A stretch of 55,485 nt of DNA from assembly GCA_903844055.1 (NCBI GenBank), contig CAIMSF010000171.1, forward strand, positions 1-55,485, given 5' to 3'. Below, in pieces: positions 9,965-21,787 of this stretch. The stretch is from an uncultured bacterium (lineage in GTDB: Bacteria > Bacillota_I > Bacilli_A > Izemoplasmatales > Hujiaoplasmataceae). The translations under genes and the position numbers were made by a program. The notes under the pieces were generated by a model. The model saw only the letters and a program-made list of their open reading frames with translations, searched no databases and was not told where the DNA came from. The first letter of the stretch is position 1; each line of letters starts with the position of its first letter.

Positions 9965-10003
9965 CGGCCCGCCGAACGAATCAAGGTTCGGGGGGCCGTT
10001 TTT
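9965..10003 (+). terminator. Intrinsic terminator of pckG
   Basis: CGGCCCGCCGAAC ... GTTCGGGGGGCCG followed by TTTTT. Confidence 0.65.
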
Positions 10004-10107
10004 GACCCTTTTTCGGGGTTTGATGCGCCGCCGATCGTGAAAATGCCCGCCGGGTGGTGGCATTTATTCATGGAAACCCTTATAATGTTTACAAGGAGAT
10101 GACCGCG

Positions 10108-11667
10108 ATGGAATCCTATCGAATTCGGATCGTCTATACGACGGACGTCCACGGACAACTGACACCCTATAATTTCGCGATCCGCGGACGGACGTCGAAG
10201 GGGCTTTCGCGCCTCAAGACCTTCCTCGACGGACTCGAGGGAGACCGCATCACGATCGACGGCGGCGACATCCTTCAGGGATCCCCGCTGATCGATCTCT
10301 GGATCGGCAAGAACCCCCGCGGCGAATGCCCCGTCTCGGGGATCCTCAACCACCTCGGATACGACTACGTCAACATCGGGAACCACGAGTTCAACTACGG
10401 CCGCGAGATCCTCGACGCCTATACCGACGCGCTCGACGCCATGGTCGTCTGCGGGAACATCTACCGCGGCGGGATCCCCGTTTATCCCGGCTATGACATC
10501 CGCACCTTGCCGAACGGCGTCCGGATCGGTTTCGTCGGCGCGATCACCCAGGCCGTTCCCGGCTGGGAGAAACCGGGGAACATCCGGGGCGTCACCTTCG
10601 AGGACGCCTTCGTCTATCTCAAGCGCACCGTCGCGGAGATCCGCGACCGCGTCGACTGCGTCGTGATCCTCTATCACGGCGGGATCGAGAAGGACATCGC
10701 GACCGGTCTTCCGATCGGTCCGAAGACCTCGGAGAACGAAGGATACAAGATCGCCAAGCACGCCGGCGCCGACGTCATCCTGACCGGGCACCAGCACCGC
10801 AGCATCGTCGATCTGATCGACGGGAAGCGGATCGTCCAGGTCACCGACCAGGCCTCCGCCTTCGCGCTTCTCACGTTGTCCTTCCAACAGCAAGGTTCGG
10901 GCTGGCGTTTCACGGGATGCGACGCCGAAATCGAACCGCTGTCGGCGTATGAATCGGACCCCGCGACCGAAGCCGTCGTCGCCGACCTCGCCGCCGAGAC
11001 CGACGTCGCGCTCGACCGCGTCCTCATGCATCTGCGCGGCGAGGGACTCGTCGTCGCCGACGCGTTCGCCGCGCGGCGCGACAACCACCCGCTCTTCAAA
11101 CTCGTGAACGACGCGCAGCTGTGGCGGTCGGGCGCGATGCTTTCGTCGTCGTCCTTGCCCAACGAAGTCCCCGGGCTCAAATCGCAGGTCACGATGCGCG
11201 ACGTCGCCGCGACCTTCATCTATCCGAACTCCCTGATGATCCTCGAAATCGACGGGCGCCGCCTGAAGGCCGCGCTCGAAAAGACGGCGGAGTATTTCGC
11301 CCTCGGTCCGGATGGCGCCGTCATCATCAATCCGTCGCATTTCCGGCCGAAGATCGAGCACTACAACTACGACGTCTTCGCCGGCGTCGCGTATGCGATC
11401 GACGTCTCCCAACCGCAGGGGTCGCGCGTTTCGAACATCCGCTACAAGCGCCGCCTGGTGAAGGATGACGACGTCTTAACGATCGCCCTCAACAATTACC
11501 GCGCCGGCGGCGGCGGGCAGTACGACATGTTCAAGGACGCGAAGCTTCTCAAGGAAATCACGAGCACGACCGCCGACATCGTCGTCGAGTATCTCGTCGC
11601 CCATCCCGATTACCGCAGCCGCAAGGCCTATTATCCGATCATCACGAAAGGCGCCTCCCGGGACTGA
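10108..11667 (+). CDS. Bifunctional metallophosphoesterase/5'-nucleotidase family protein (cytoplasmic form)
   Basis: Motifs TTDVHG, GDILQG, GNHEFNYG, ILYHGG and LTGHQH, plus a C-terminal 5'-nucleotidase-type domain. No signal peptide. Start chosen at ATG 10108, 9 nt after AAGGAG. The ORF-track start at 10054 lies upstream of a TATAAT at 10081-10086. Confidence 0.8.
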   Translation: MESYRIRIVYTTDVHGQLTPYNFAIRGRTSKGLSRLKTFLDGLEGDRITIDGGDILQGSPLIDLWIGKNPRGECPVSGILNHLGYDYVNIGNHEFNYGREILDAYTDALDAMVVCGNIYRGGIPVYPGYDIRTLPNGVRIGFVGAITQAVPGWEKPGNIRGVTFEDAFVYLKRTVAEIRDRVDCVVILYHGGIEKDIATGLPIGPKTSENEGYKIAKHAGADVILTGHQHRSIVDLIDGKRIVQVTDQASAFALLTLSFQQQGSGWRFTGCDAEIEPLSAYESDPATEAVVADLAAETDVALDRVLMHLRGEGLVVADAFAARRDNHPLFKLVNDAQLWRSGAMLSSSSLPNEVPGLKSQVTMRDVAATFIYPNSLMILEIDGRRLKAALEKTAEYFALGPDGAVIINPSHFRPKIEHYNYDVFAGVAYAIDVSQPQGSRVSNIRYKRRLVKDDDVLTIALNNYRAGGGGQYDMFKDAKLLKEITSTTADIVVEYLVAHPDYRSRKAYYPIITKGASRD

Positions 11668-11691
11668 CCGGAAGGCGCTTTTTTCGATAGT

Positions 11692-11721
11692 AAGACCGCG
11701 CCGGGACGCGCGGTCTTTTCG
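11692..11721 (+). terminator. Intrinsic terminator between the convergent nucleotidase and guaA genes
   Basis: 10-bp stem AAGACCGCGC / GCGCGGTCTT followed by TTTTCGTTT. Confidence 0.65.
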
Positions 11722-11723
11722 TT

Positions 11724-14883
<3,160 letters not shown>

Positions 14884-14891
14884 TTGACGCT

Positions 14892-14920
14892 ATTCTATCG
14901 CAAATGACGCGTTTTGTAAA
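14892..14920 (-). promoter_or_regulatory. Sigma-A-type promoter of the riboswitch-guaBA transcript
   Basis: Minus strand reads TTTACA (14920-14915), 17 nt, TAGAAT (14897-14892). It ends about 9 nt upstream of the aptamer P1. Confidence 0.55.
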
Positions 14921-14952
14921 CTGCTTTCGGTCGCGGGAATCGGAGATGCGGC

Positions 14953-15876
14953 TCAGTCGTCGATCTCGTTCAACAGCTTCTCGCCGGCGAGCCGGCGGCG
15001 GATGTTCTCATGCAGGACCTCGCGGATGCGCGGCCAGATGAAGGGGCTCGAAGACGCGTTGTGCGGGGTGATGAAGACGTTGGGGAGGGTCCAAAGCGGA
15101 TGGTTGGGAGGCAGCGGCTCAGGCGTCGTGACGTCAAGCCCGGCGCCGCGGATGCGGCCGTCGCGGAGTGCCTCGACGAGCGCGTCCTGGTCGACGGTCT
15201 CCCCGCGGCCGACGTTGATGAAGAGGGCGTCTTGCTTCATGGCGGCGAATTCCGCCTTCCCGACGAGTTTCACCGTCTCCTGCTTGAGTGGCATCGCGAC
15301 GATCACATAGTCGCTCTCGCGACACAGTTCCAAGAGCCCGTCCGGACCTGTCAAGATCCTGTCGAAACCGCCCGTTACGGCGTTTTTCCGCCGATATCCG
15401 ATGACCTTTGCGCCGAACGCCTGCATGCGTGTCGCGACGGCCGAACCGATCGAGCCGGCGCCGATGATGCCGACGGTCGACCCATAGATCTCCGGCAGGT
15501 GGCGGATCGGCTCCCACTTTCCCGTGGACATCGCGTCGAGGTCATGGCGCACGGCGCGGTTCAGGACGAGGATCTTCGCGAAGACGTCTTCGGCGATCGA
15601 GATATGGAAGATGTCCTTCATGTTCGTGACGCAAAGATCGCGTGTGCGCAGGTAGCCGACGTCGGCGGTATCATAACCCGCCATCATGATCTGGACCCAT
15701 TCGAGCAGGGGATAACGGTCGAGCTTGGCCGGTACGGCGAAGGCCGGATGGCAGAATACGGCATCGACGCCGACCGTGTCGGCGGGGTCTTCGGTGAACG
15801 AAACCGTCGGAAAGACGAGCCGCAGGGCTTCTGCGTGTTTCGGGGTGATCATGCGAGGATCGAGCAGGATTTTCAT
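14953..15876 (-). CDS. D-isomer-specific 2-hydroxyacid dehydrogenase family protein (NAD-binding)
   Basis: Rossmann motif GIIGAGSIGSAVA. Family motifs NVGRGETVD and FITPHNAS. RBS AAAGGAGAAA. Confidence 0.8.
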   Translation of the reverse strand: MKILLDPRMITPKHAEALRLVFPTVSFTEDPADTVGVDAVFCHPAFAVPAKLDRYPLLEWVQIMMAGYDTADVGYLRTRDLCVTNMKDIFHISIAEDVFAKILVLNRAVRHDLDAMSTGKWEPIRHLPEIYGSTVGIIGAGSIGSAVATRMQAFGAKVIGYRRKNAVTGGFDRILTGPDGLLELCRESDYVIVAMPLKQETVKLVGKAEFAAMKQDALFINVGRGETVDQDALVEALRDGRIRGAGLDVTTPEPLPPNHPLWTLPNVFITPHNASSSPFIWPRIREVLHENIRRRLAGEKLLNEIDD

Positions 15877-15901
15877 GGTGTTTCTCCTTTATATGTTCGA
15901 C

Positions 15902-15927
15902 AAAGCCCTTCCTCGTGAGGGAAGGGC
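15902..15927 (-). terminator. Intrinsic terminator after the PAS-GGDEF-HD-GYP gene
   Basis: Minus strand reads GCCCTTCC-ctcacga-GGAAGGGC followed by TTTGT. Confidence 0.5.
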
Positions 15928-15938
15928 GGGAGGTCGAA

Positions 15939-18113
15939 TTATCGTTGGACGAGGCGGGGCAGGACGTCGTCCATGAAGGCGCGGACGACGTCGACGTCGA
16001 ATTGGGTGCCGGCGTTCTTCTTGAGTTCCTTGACCGCCTCGGCGGACGGCCGCGCGGCATGCCAGGGATGGGTCCTGGTCATGGCATCGTATGCTTCGGC
16101 GACGGCGATGACGCGGGATTTGATCGGGATCTCGTTCTGTCTGAGACCTTGCGGATAGCCTTTTCCGTCGATCCGTTCGTGATGGTGGAGGATCGCCTTC
16201 CCGACGCCGGAGAAGATCTCCACGGTTTCGAGGATGCGGTAGCCGATTTCGGGATGGCGGGCGATTTCATCGCTTTCGCGTGCCGCGAGTTCGTCGTTCT
16301 TGTTGAGGAGGGCGGGATCGATGCCGATCTTGCCGATGTCGTGGAGCGCTCCGGCGAGTTCGAGTTCCTCGACGTCGATCGGATTCATCCCCATCGCGAT
16401 GCCGATCATGCGGCACAGCTTGGCGACCGCGTCCGAATGCTCGCGTTCCTCGGGGACGGCGGCGAAGAGGTCGTGCTTGATCCGGTAGAGCAGGTCGGAT
16501 TTGAAACGCTGCCGGTCGAAGGCCTTCTGACGGTACATCATGTCTTCGGCGAACTTGTAGATCTCATCGAATTTCTCATCGATCCGCGTCTTCGTCTTCA
16601 TGCCGAGCGAGACCGACAGCAAACCGTGATGGGAGGACGCCGCGGAGATCCGCGACTCGAGTTCGGCGATCCAGGCGCGCCCGCGGTTCTCGTCGGTGTT
16701 GACGAGGATCATGATGAACTCGTCGCCGCCGACGCGGGCGAGCATGTCGTCCCGCCGGATCGTCTTCTTGAGGATCTCCGCGAACGTGATCAAGAGCCGG
16801 TCGCCGGCGCTGTGGCCGAAGACGTCGTTCGTGAACTTGAGTCCGTTCACGTCGGCGAAGACCATCGTGATCGGCAGGTTTTCCGGACGATTGAGGCGAT
16901 CGTAGTTTTCCACGAAATAGCGGCGGTTGTTCAACCCGGTGAGCTGGTCGTTGTAACTCAGATAGAGGATTTCGGCTTCCGCCTTCTTGCGGTTGTCGAT
17001 ATTGCGGCTTACGCCGACCATCTCGATCTCGTTTGATTCGTTGCGGCGAAGGCGCGTCGACATCTCGATCCAGACGTAGGTGCCGTTCTTGCAGGATTGC
17101 TGGACCTCGGAGATGACGCTTTCGTCGAGGCCGCCCTTGGCGAATGCATCGAGGTTGACCAGCAGGTTGCGGCGCACCGAATCGACGGAGGAGTTCGAGA
17201 GGGACTCGAAGAACGGCTGGTTCATCGCTTCTTCGGGGGTGTAGCCGCGCAGGCGCTTAACGGAGGGACTCATGTAGGTGATGCGGTCGCGGGTGACGTT
17301 GTACACCCAGACGACGTCGGAGTTGAATTCGGTGAGCATGCGGTATTTCTCTTCGCTCTTGCGGACGAGGTCGTCGACCGCCTTCTGACGGGTGATGTCG
17401 GTGATCGCGAGCATCGTCGCCGGAACGCCTTCGTATTCGACGTTGGATGCCGAGACGAGGGACCAGAACGGGTTGCCGTCGCTGTCGATCATGCCGATTT
17501 CGTGATTCGCCACGAAGCCCTGCTTGTCGAGTTTCTGAAGCAGGACGGCCCGGTCTTCCTGGCGCTGGTACATATTCAGGACCGGCGTGCCGACGATGCT
17601 TTTCGACATGTATCGATAGCTGTTCGAGGCGGCGCGGTTGGCATAGCGGATGATTCCGTCGGATTTGCGGATGATAAGGACGGGGAACGGCGATTTCTCG
17701 ATGATTTCACGATAGACCCGCTCGCTTTTCGCTAGCGACAGGAACGCCGTGTTGATGTCGGTGATGTCACGGATCACGGCGGTCACCTGGTTCTTGTTCG
17801 CCACCGGTTTGAAGCGCGATTCGAAGTGGCGGACGCCGTACGGCATCTCCAAATCGTATTCGATGCGGATTCGATTGCGCGATGCGAGCGACTCCGAGAT
17901 GCCGTTCATCAGCACGTCTGCGGTCGCCGGCGGGAGCAGTTCGCGGATGCAATGTCCGATCTGGTGGCCGGCCTCGCCGTAGATTTGCGCATCCGGTTCG
18001 TGCTGGGCATCCAGAATTTTACCGTCCGCGTCAATCAGAAAAAACAGGTCGGGGACCGACTGAAGATATTGGAGCAGGATATCGCAATCGACTTTTTTGT
18101 CCATGGTTTCCAC
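15939..18113 (-). CDS. Cyclic-di-GMP signalling protein with three PAS domains, a GGDEF diguanylate cyclase domain and an HD-GYP phosphodiesterase domain
   Basis: Intact GGDEF (ARVGGDEFIMIL) with an RxxD I-site (RRDD) 5 residues upstream. HD-GYP motifs ALHDIGK and HHERIDGKGYP. Three PAS-like N-terminal segments. RBS GAGGTGGAA. Confidence 0.85.
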   Translation of the reverse strand: METMDKKVDCDILLQYLQSVPDLFFLIDADGKILDAQHEPDAQIYGEAGHQIGHCIRELLPPATADVLMNGISESLASRNRIRIEYDLEMPYGVRHFESRFKPVANKNQVTAVIRDITDINTAFLSLAKSERVYREIIEKSPFPVLIIRKSDGIIRYANRAASNSYRYMSKSIVGTPVLNMYQRQEDRAVLLQKLDKQGFVANHEIGMIDSDGNPFWSLVSASNVEYEGVPATMLAITDITRQKAVDDLVRKSEEKYRMLTEFNSDVVWVYNVTRDRITYMSPSVKRLRGYTPEEAMNQPFFESLSNSSVDSVRRNLLVNLDAFAKGGLDESVISEVQQSCKNGTYVWIEMSTRLRRNESNEIEMVGVSRNIDNRKKAEAEILYLSYNDQLTGLNNRRYFVENYDRLNRPENLPITMVFADVNGLKFTNDVFGHSAGDRLLITFAEILKKTIRRDDMLARVGGDEFIMILVNTDENRGRAWIAELESRISAASSHHGLLSVSLGMKTKTRIDEKFDEIYKFAEDMMYRQKAFDRQRFKSDLLYRIKHDLFAAVPEEREHSDAVAKLCRMIGIAMGMNPIDVEELELAGALHDIGKIGIDPALLNKNDELAARESDEIARHPEIGYRILETVEIFSGVGKAILHHHERIDGKGYPQGLRQNEIPIKSRVIAVAEAYDAMTRTHPWHAARPSAEAVKELKKNAGTQFDVDVVRAFMDDVLPRLVQR

Positions 18114-18197
18114 CTCGAACGCATATCGTCTTATGATTCCATCAAACGAATTGTATCACGAAAAATATACCGACGCAAGAATCAGTTGTATTACCGA

Positions 18198-18635
18198 TCA
18201 ATCGTAGTACGCGGAAAGAAAGGCGAGTTTCTCGTTTTGTTCGAACTTGAGGACCTTCATGACGACGAACCGATCCGCTTCGATCGCCGGCAGGCGCATC
18301 ACGTCGACGACTTCGCAGATCATCTTGACGCGCGCTCCGTCGACGAGGATCGCGGTCCCCGAAAACGTGTGCGGAACGGTGGAAAACTTGTCGATTCTGC
18401 CGCTATGGCCGTCGCCGAGACGGTCGGCGATCGCCTGCTGTCCTTCCGCGAGGGCGCTGACGCCGACGATGTCGCCGACTTTCAACGCGCTTCCCGTCTT
18501 GCTCTGGGCGCCGAGGAGCATCCCGATCCGGTCGTAGTCCAGCATCTGCGCCCAAGCGCAGCACATGCCGTAATTCGTCGCTTCCTTCCGGATGCCGATG
18601 ATGTTGCATCCGGCGTTGAACGCATGCAATGACAT
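18198..18635 (-). CDS. Small flavin-reductase-like (FMN-binding split-barrel) protein. Tentative.
   Basis: 145 aa. The pattern ...NYGMCCAWAQMLDYDRIGMLLGAQSKTG...VGVSAL...IADRLGDGHSGRIDKF resembles short clostridial flavin reductase-domain proteins. Called by eye only. Confidence 0.45.
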   Translation of the reverse strand: MSLHAFNAGCNIIGIRKEATNYGMCCAWAQMLDYDRIGMLLGAQSKTGSALKVGDIVGVSALAEGQQAIADRLGDGHSGRIDKFSTVPHTFSGTAILVDGARVKMICEVVDVMRLPAIEADRFVVMKVLKFEQNEKLAFLSAYYD

Positions 18636-18647
18636 GTCGATTCCCCC

Positions 18648-19409
18648 TTAGTCAGCGGATGACCCGCTTTGTTCGAGAAAGGCGAGCGTGCTTAAGATCA
18701 TCCAGGTTTGTTGCGCGAGCGCGGAGATTTCGGCGGTACCGTCGCCCGCCTGGGCGCCGTAGAGCCCGAAACCGGCGTGGTTGCCGCCGGTGATCATCTC
18801 GAACGTGGCATCGGCGGGAAGCAATGCCCGGCTGGCCTCGATGTCCGAGAGAAGGGTCAGTCCGTCGAACTCGGCGTATATCGAGAGGACGTCGAGGTCC
18901 GCTTCCGAGAGGTCGTTCGATCCGGCCGGATACGATCCGAGCAGGATCAGTCCGTCCACGCTTTCGCGGTGATCGTCCGCATACATCGCCGCGGCGACAC
19001 CCCCCATCGAATGCCCGCCGACATACCAGGAACCGATTTCCGGATGGAGTGCGATGAAGTCTTCCGCCTTGTCCGCATCGAAGATCGCCAGATGGAAAGC
19101 GACGTCGAGGATGCAGACGAGGTAACCGTCTTGCGCGAGCCCGAGCGCGTATGCGCCATACGACAGCGGTTCGACCTTGGCGCCGGGATAGAGGACGATG
19201 CCGACCGATTTCGGATCCCCTTGCGGTGCGAAGACGAGATTCCCGTCGATGATGGTATAGTCATCCGGCGCGACGTGGTCCCCGATCGTCGCGATCGGTC
19301 CGAGCGTGTCCGCCGCCCAGATCGTAAAAATGGCGAAGAGGACCAGAAAGAACCCCGCGACTGCCGGGATGACGATGAAGATGCGACGCGGCAGACGTCG
19401 AGCGGTCAT
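18648..19409 (-). CDS. Membrane-anchored alpha/beta hydrolase
   Basis: N-terminal TM segment IFIVIPAVAGFFLVLFAIFTIWA. Nucleophile elbow GGHSMGG. C-terminal ITGGNHAGF (His of the triad). The start ATG overlaps the stop of the upstream AbrB-like gene (ATGA). Confidence 0.75.
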   Translation of the reverse strand: MTARRLPRRIFIVIPAVAGFFLVLFAIFTIWAADTLGPIATIGDHVAPDDYTIIDGNLVFAPQGDPKSVGIVLYPGAKVEPLSYGAYALGLAQDGYLVCILDVAFHLAIFDADKAEDFIALHPEIGSWYVGGHSMGGVAAAMYADDHRESVDGLILLGSYPAGSNDLSEADLDVLSIYAEFDGLTLLSDIEASRALLPADATFEMITGGNHAGFGLYGAQAGDGTAEISALAQQTWMILSTLAFLEQSGSSAD

Positions 19410-19678
19410 TTCCGTTCGTCGTGGTTCGAATCGACGACGATTTCGTTGTCGTCATGGTGCTTCGGACCTTCCGCATACTTGTCGGGGCCGCCCGCCGGGG
19501 TGCCGAGTTCGCGCTCCAGCGTCCGGACATAGGTCTTGCGGTATACCGTCACCGGCTCGATCAGGATGACGCCGTCCACGAGCCGGACGTCCAGGGTATC
19601 CCCTTCGGAGAGCCCGAGTCCGGTGACGATGTCCTTCGGAATCGTGATCTGTGACTTTTTTCGAAGTTCGATGAGCAT
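19406..19678 (-). CDS. AbrB/MazE/SpoVT-family DNA-binding protein
   Basis: MLIELRKKSQITIPKDIVTGLGLSEGDTLDVRLVDGVILIEPV is a swapped-hairpin AbrB-type domain. Start set at ATG 19678, after GAGGTGG. The ORF-track start at 19747 lies inside the predicted -35 box. Confidence 0.75.
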   Translation of the reverse strand: MLIELRKKSQITIPKDIVTGLGLSEGDTLDVRLVDGVILIEPVTVYRKTYVRTLERELGTPAGGPDKYAEGPKHHDDNEIVVDSNHDERK

Positions 19679-19718
19679 GGTTCCACCTCTGCGTTCGACT
19701 TTCGTACTTTCCAACCGC

Positions 19719-19747
19719 ATTATAACACCGCCATCCGCGGGATGCAA
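19719..19747 (-). promoter_or_regulatory. Sigma-A-type promoter of the AbrB-like/hydrolase operon
   Basis: Minus strand reads TTGCAT (19747-19742), 17 nt, TGtTATAAT (extended -10; TATAAT at 19724-19719). Confidence 0.55.
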
Positions 19748-19859
19748 TGCGCTACCGAGAAATCACGGTTTCCCGCGGGCTTTTTCGTGTTCGCGGCGTT
19801 CTTTCAGCCGGTCCTCCTGCGTGCGGTTCGAACCACCTTCAACCCGCACATGGGCGGGT

Positions 19860-19888
19860 TTGCAAAAACGTCCATAATTTGATATGAT
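19860..19888 (+). promoter_or_regulatory. Sigma-A-type promoter of the rsmH-like/SDR/ThuA-like genes
   Basis: TTGCAA (19860-19865), 17 nt, TATGAT (19883-19888). Confidence 0.55.
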
Positions 19889-19941
19889 TAGACGTGCATT
19901 TCGGATCATCGATCCCAGACGGATCAAAGGCGGACCAAACG

Positions 19942-20991
19942 ATGGACCATCCCGAACAGAAGCATCAGCGGCGTGTCCGATATACGGGCACCCATCCGAA
20001 GACCTATATGGAGAAATACAAGGAACTCCAGCCCGAAAAGTACGCTGAAACTGTCGCCAAGGTCATCGAAAAGGGCAATACGCCGGCGGGCACCCATCGG
20101 CCGATCCTCGTGAGCGAGATCCTCGACGTGCTGCGGATCCACCCCGGGCAGACCGGGCTCGATGCCACCCTCGGATACGGCGGACATGCGACCGAGATCC
20201 TGAAACGGCTCGATCGCAGCGGCCGTCTGTACGGCATCGACGCCGATCCGATCGAGTTGCCCAAGACGCAGGAACGGCTGGCGAAACTGGGGTTCGGTCC
20301 GGAGATTCTGTCGACCCGGAACATGAACTTCGCCGATCTCGACCGCATTCTCCCCGAATCGGGGAAGCTGCAGTTCGTGCTCGCCGACCTCGGCGTCTCC
20401 TCGATGCAGATCGACAATCCGGAGCGGGGGTTCTCCTTCAAATCCGAAGGACCGCTCGATTTGCGGATGAATCCGGAAGTCGGCTTGCCCGCAGCTTATC
20501 GACTCAAGATGATGACGAAGGAAGAGATCGAAGGCATGCTCGCGGAGAACGCGGACGAACCGCATGCGGCGAAGATCGCCGAAGCGATCGTCGCCGAAGG
20601 ACGTATCGGGAAGGGCATCGCGACGACGACGCAACTGCAGAAGGTCGTCAAGGAAGCGCTTCGGACCCTGCCGGCCGCCGACCGTGACGAGGAAATCAAG
20701 AAATCCTGCCAGCGTACGTTCCAGGCTTTGCGGATCGACGTCAACCACGAGTACGAAGCGCTCTACGCCTTCCTCGAGAAACTTCCCGATGCGCTCGCTC
20801 CCGGCGGGCGGGTGGCGATCCTGTCCTTCCATTCCGGCGAGGACCGCCTCGTCAAGAAATCCTTCCAGGCATTCTTCCGAAGCGGCGTCTACCGTGAAAT
20901 CGCCCCCGAGTTCATCCGTCCCTCGTTGGAGGAACAGAATGCCAACCCCCGCGCCCGTTCCGCCAAACTGCGGTGGGCGGAACGCGCCTAG
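19942..20991 (+). CDS. rsmH: RsmH/MraW-family 16S rRNA (cytosine-N4) methyltransferase homologue with a ~50-aa N-terminal extension
   Basis: HRPILVSEILDVL, DATLGYGGHA, GIDADP, LADLGVSSMQIDNPERGFSF, GPLDLRM, ALRIDVNHEYEAL, LSFHSGEDRLVKK and NPRARSAKLRWAE. Start set at ATG 19942, downstream of the promoter. Not flanked by mraZ or fts genes. Confidence 0.8.
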   Translation: MDHPEQKHQRRVRYTGTHPKTYMEKYKELQPEKYAETVAKVIEKGNTPAGTHRPILVSEILDVLRIHPGQTGLDATLGYGGHATEILKRLDRSGRLYGIDADPIELPKTQERLAKLGFGPEILSTRNMNFADLDRILPESGKLQFVLADLGVSSMQIDNPERGFSFKSEGPLDLRMNPEVGLPAAYRLKMMTKEEIEGMLAENADEPHAAKIAEAIVAEGRIGKGIATTTQLQKVVKEALRTLPAADRDEEIKKSCQRTFQALRIDVNHEYEALYAFLEKLPDALAPGGRVAILSFHSGEDRLVKKSFQAFFRSGVYREIAPEFIRPSLEEQNANPRARSAKLRWAERA

Positions 20992-21040
20992 GACCCAAAT
21001 CCAGAATACGGATCGCCCTGCGATCGGAACGGAGAATCGA

Positions 21041-21760
21041 ATGACAAGATATGCCTGCGTCACCGGCGCCGACCGCGGCCTCGGTTTCGAAATCGTCAAA
21101 CAGCTGCTCGCGCATGGGTACACGGTCTTCGCCGGCCGCTACCACACCGAATGGACCCTTCTCGACGACTTGAGCAAGACCTATCCCGACCGACTCGTCG
21201 CGGTCGACCTCGACGTCTCGAAGGACGCAAGCGTCGCGCAGGCGGCCGCCGCAATCCGGACCCGGACGACCAGTCTCGAAGTCCTCGTCAACAACAGCGC
21301 GATCACCGGCGACAACGTCTCGACGATCGCCGATCCGCTCGACTTCGACGAGATGCTGAAAGTCTACAACGTCAACGCCGTCGGCGCGCTCCGGGTCACC
21401 AACGCCCTCTATCCCCTGGTCGCCGCCGGAACGAAGAAACTGATCATGAACATCTCCTCCGAGGCCGGGAGCATCGGCTCCTGCCACCGCAAGGGCTGGT
21501 TCGCCTACTGCTCCTCCAAGGCGGCCCTCAACATGATGTCGGCGATCACCCACAACAACCTGAAGGAGATCGGCGGACAGGTCATCCTGATCCAGCCGGG
21601 CTGGATGAAATCGTGGCTCTCCGGACATTATCGCGACGAAGCCCCGCTGACCCCGGACATCCCCGCCGCTCATTTGATCGGGATCATCGAATCACCGGAA
21701 AAGTACAAGGGCAACAGCCCCGCGTACATCGACTATGAAGGCAATCCGCTTCCATTCTAA
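21041..21760 (+). CDS. Short-chain dehydrogenase/reductase (SDR)
   Basis: VTGADRGLG (TGxxxGxG), NNSA, and the catalytic YCSSK (YxxxK). RBS GGAGAA. The ORF-track 5' extension (from 20564) overlaps rsmH out of frame and is Arg/Pro/Ser-rich. Confidence 0.85.
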   Translation: MTRYACVTGADRGLGFEIVKQLLAHGYTVFAGRYHTEWTLLDDLSKTYPDRLVAVDLDVSKDASVAQAAAAIRTRTTSLEVLVNNSAITGDNVSTIADPLDFDEMLKVYNVNAVGALRVTNALYPLVAAGTKKLIMNISSEAGSIGSCHRKGWFAYCSSKAALNMMSAITHNNLKEIGGQVILIQPGWMKSWLSGHYRDEAPLTPDIPAAHLIGIIESPEKYKGNSPAYIDYEGNPLPF

Positions 21761-21787
21761 CGGTCTCATTCCTTGGAGGTCCTCATC

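Noticed and set aside
11645-11690. Apparent GGCGCC...GGCGCT hairpin plus T6 right after the nucleotidase stop
   Set aside because: The two arms are direct rather than inverted repeats and do not base-pair. The real terminator is the 10-bp stem at 11692-11717.
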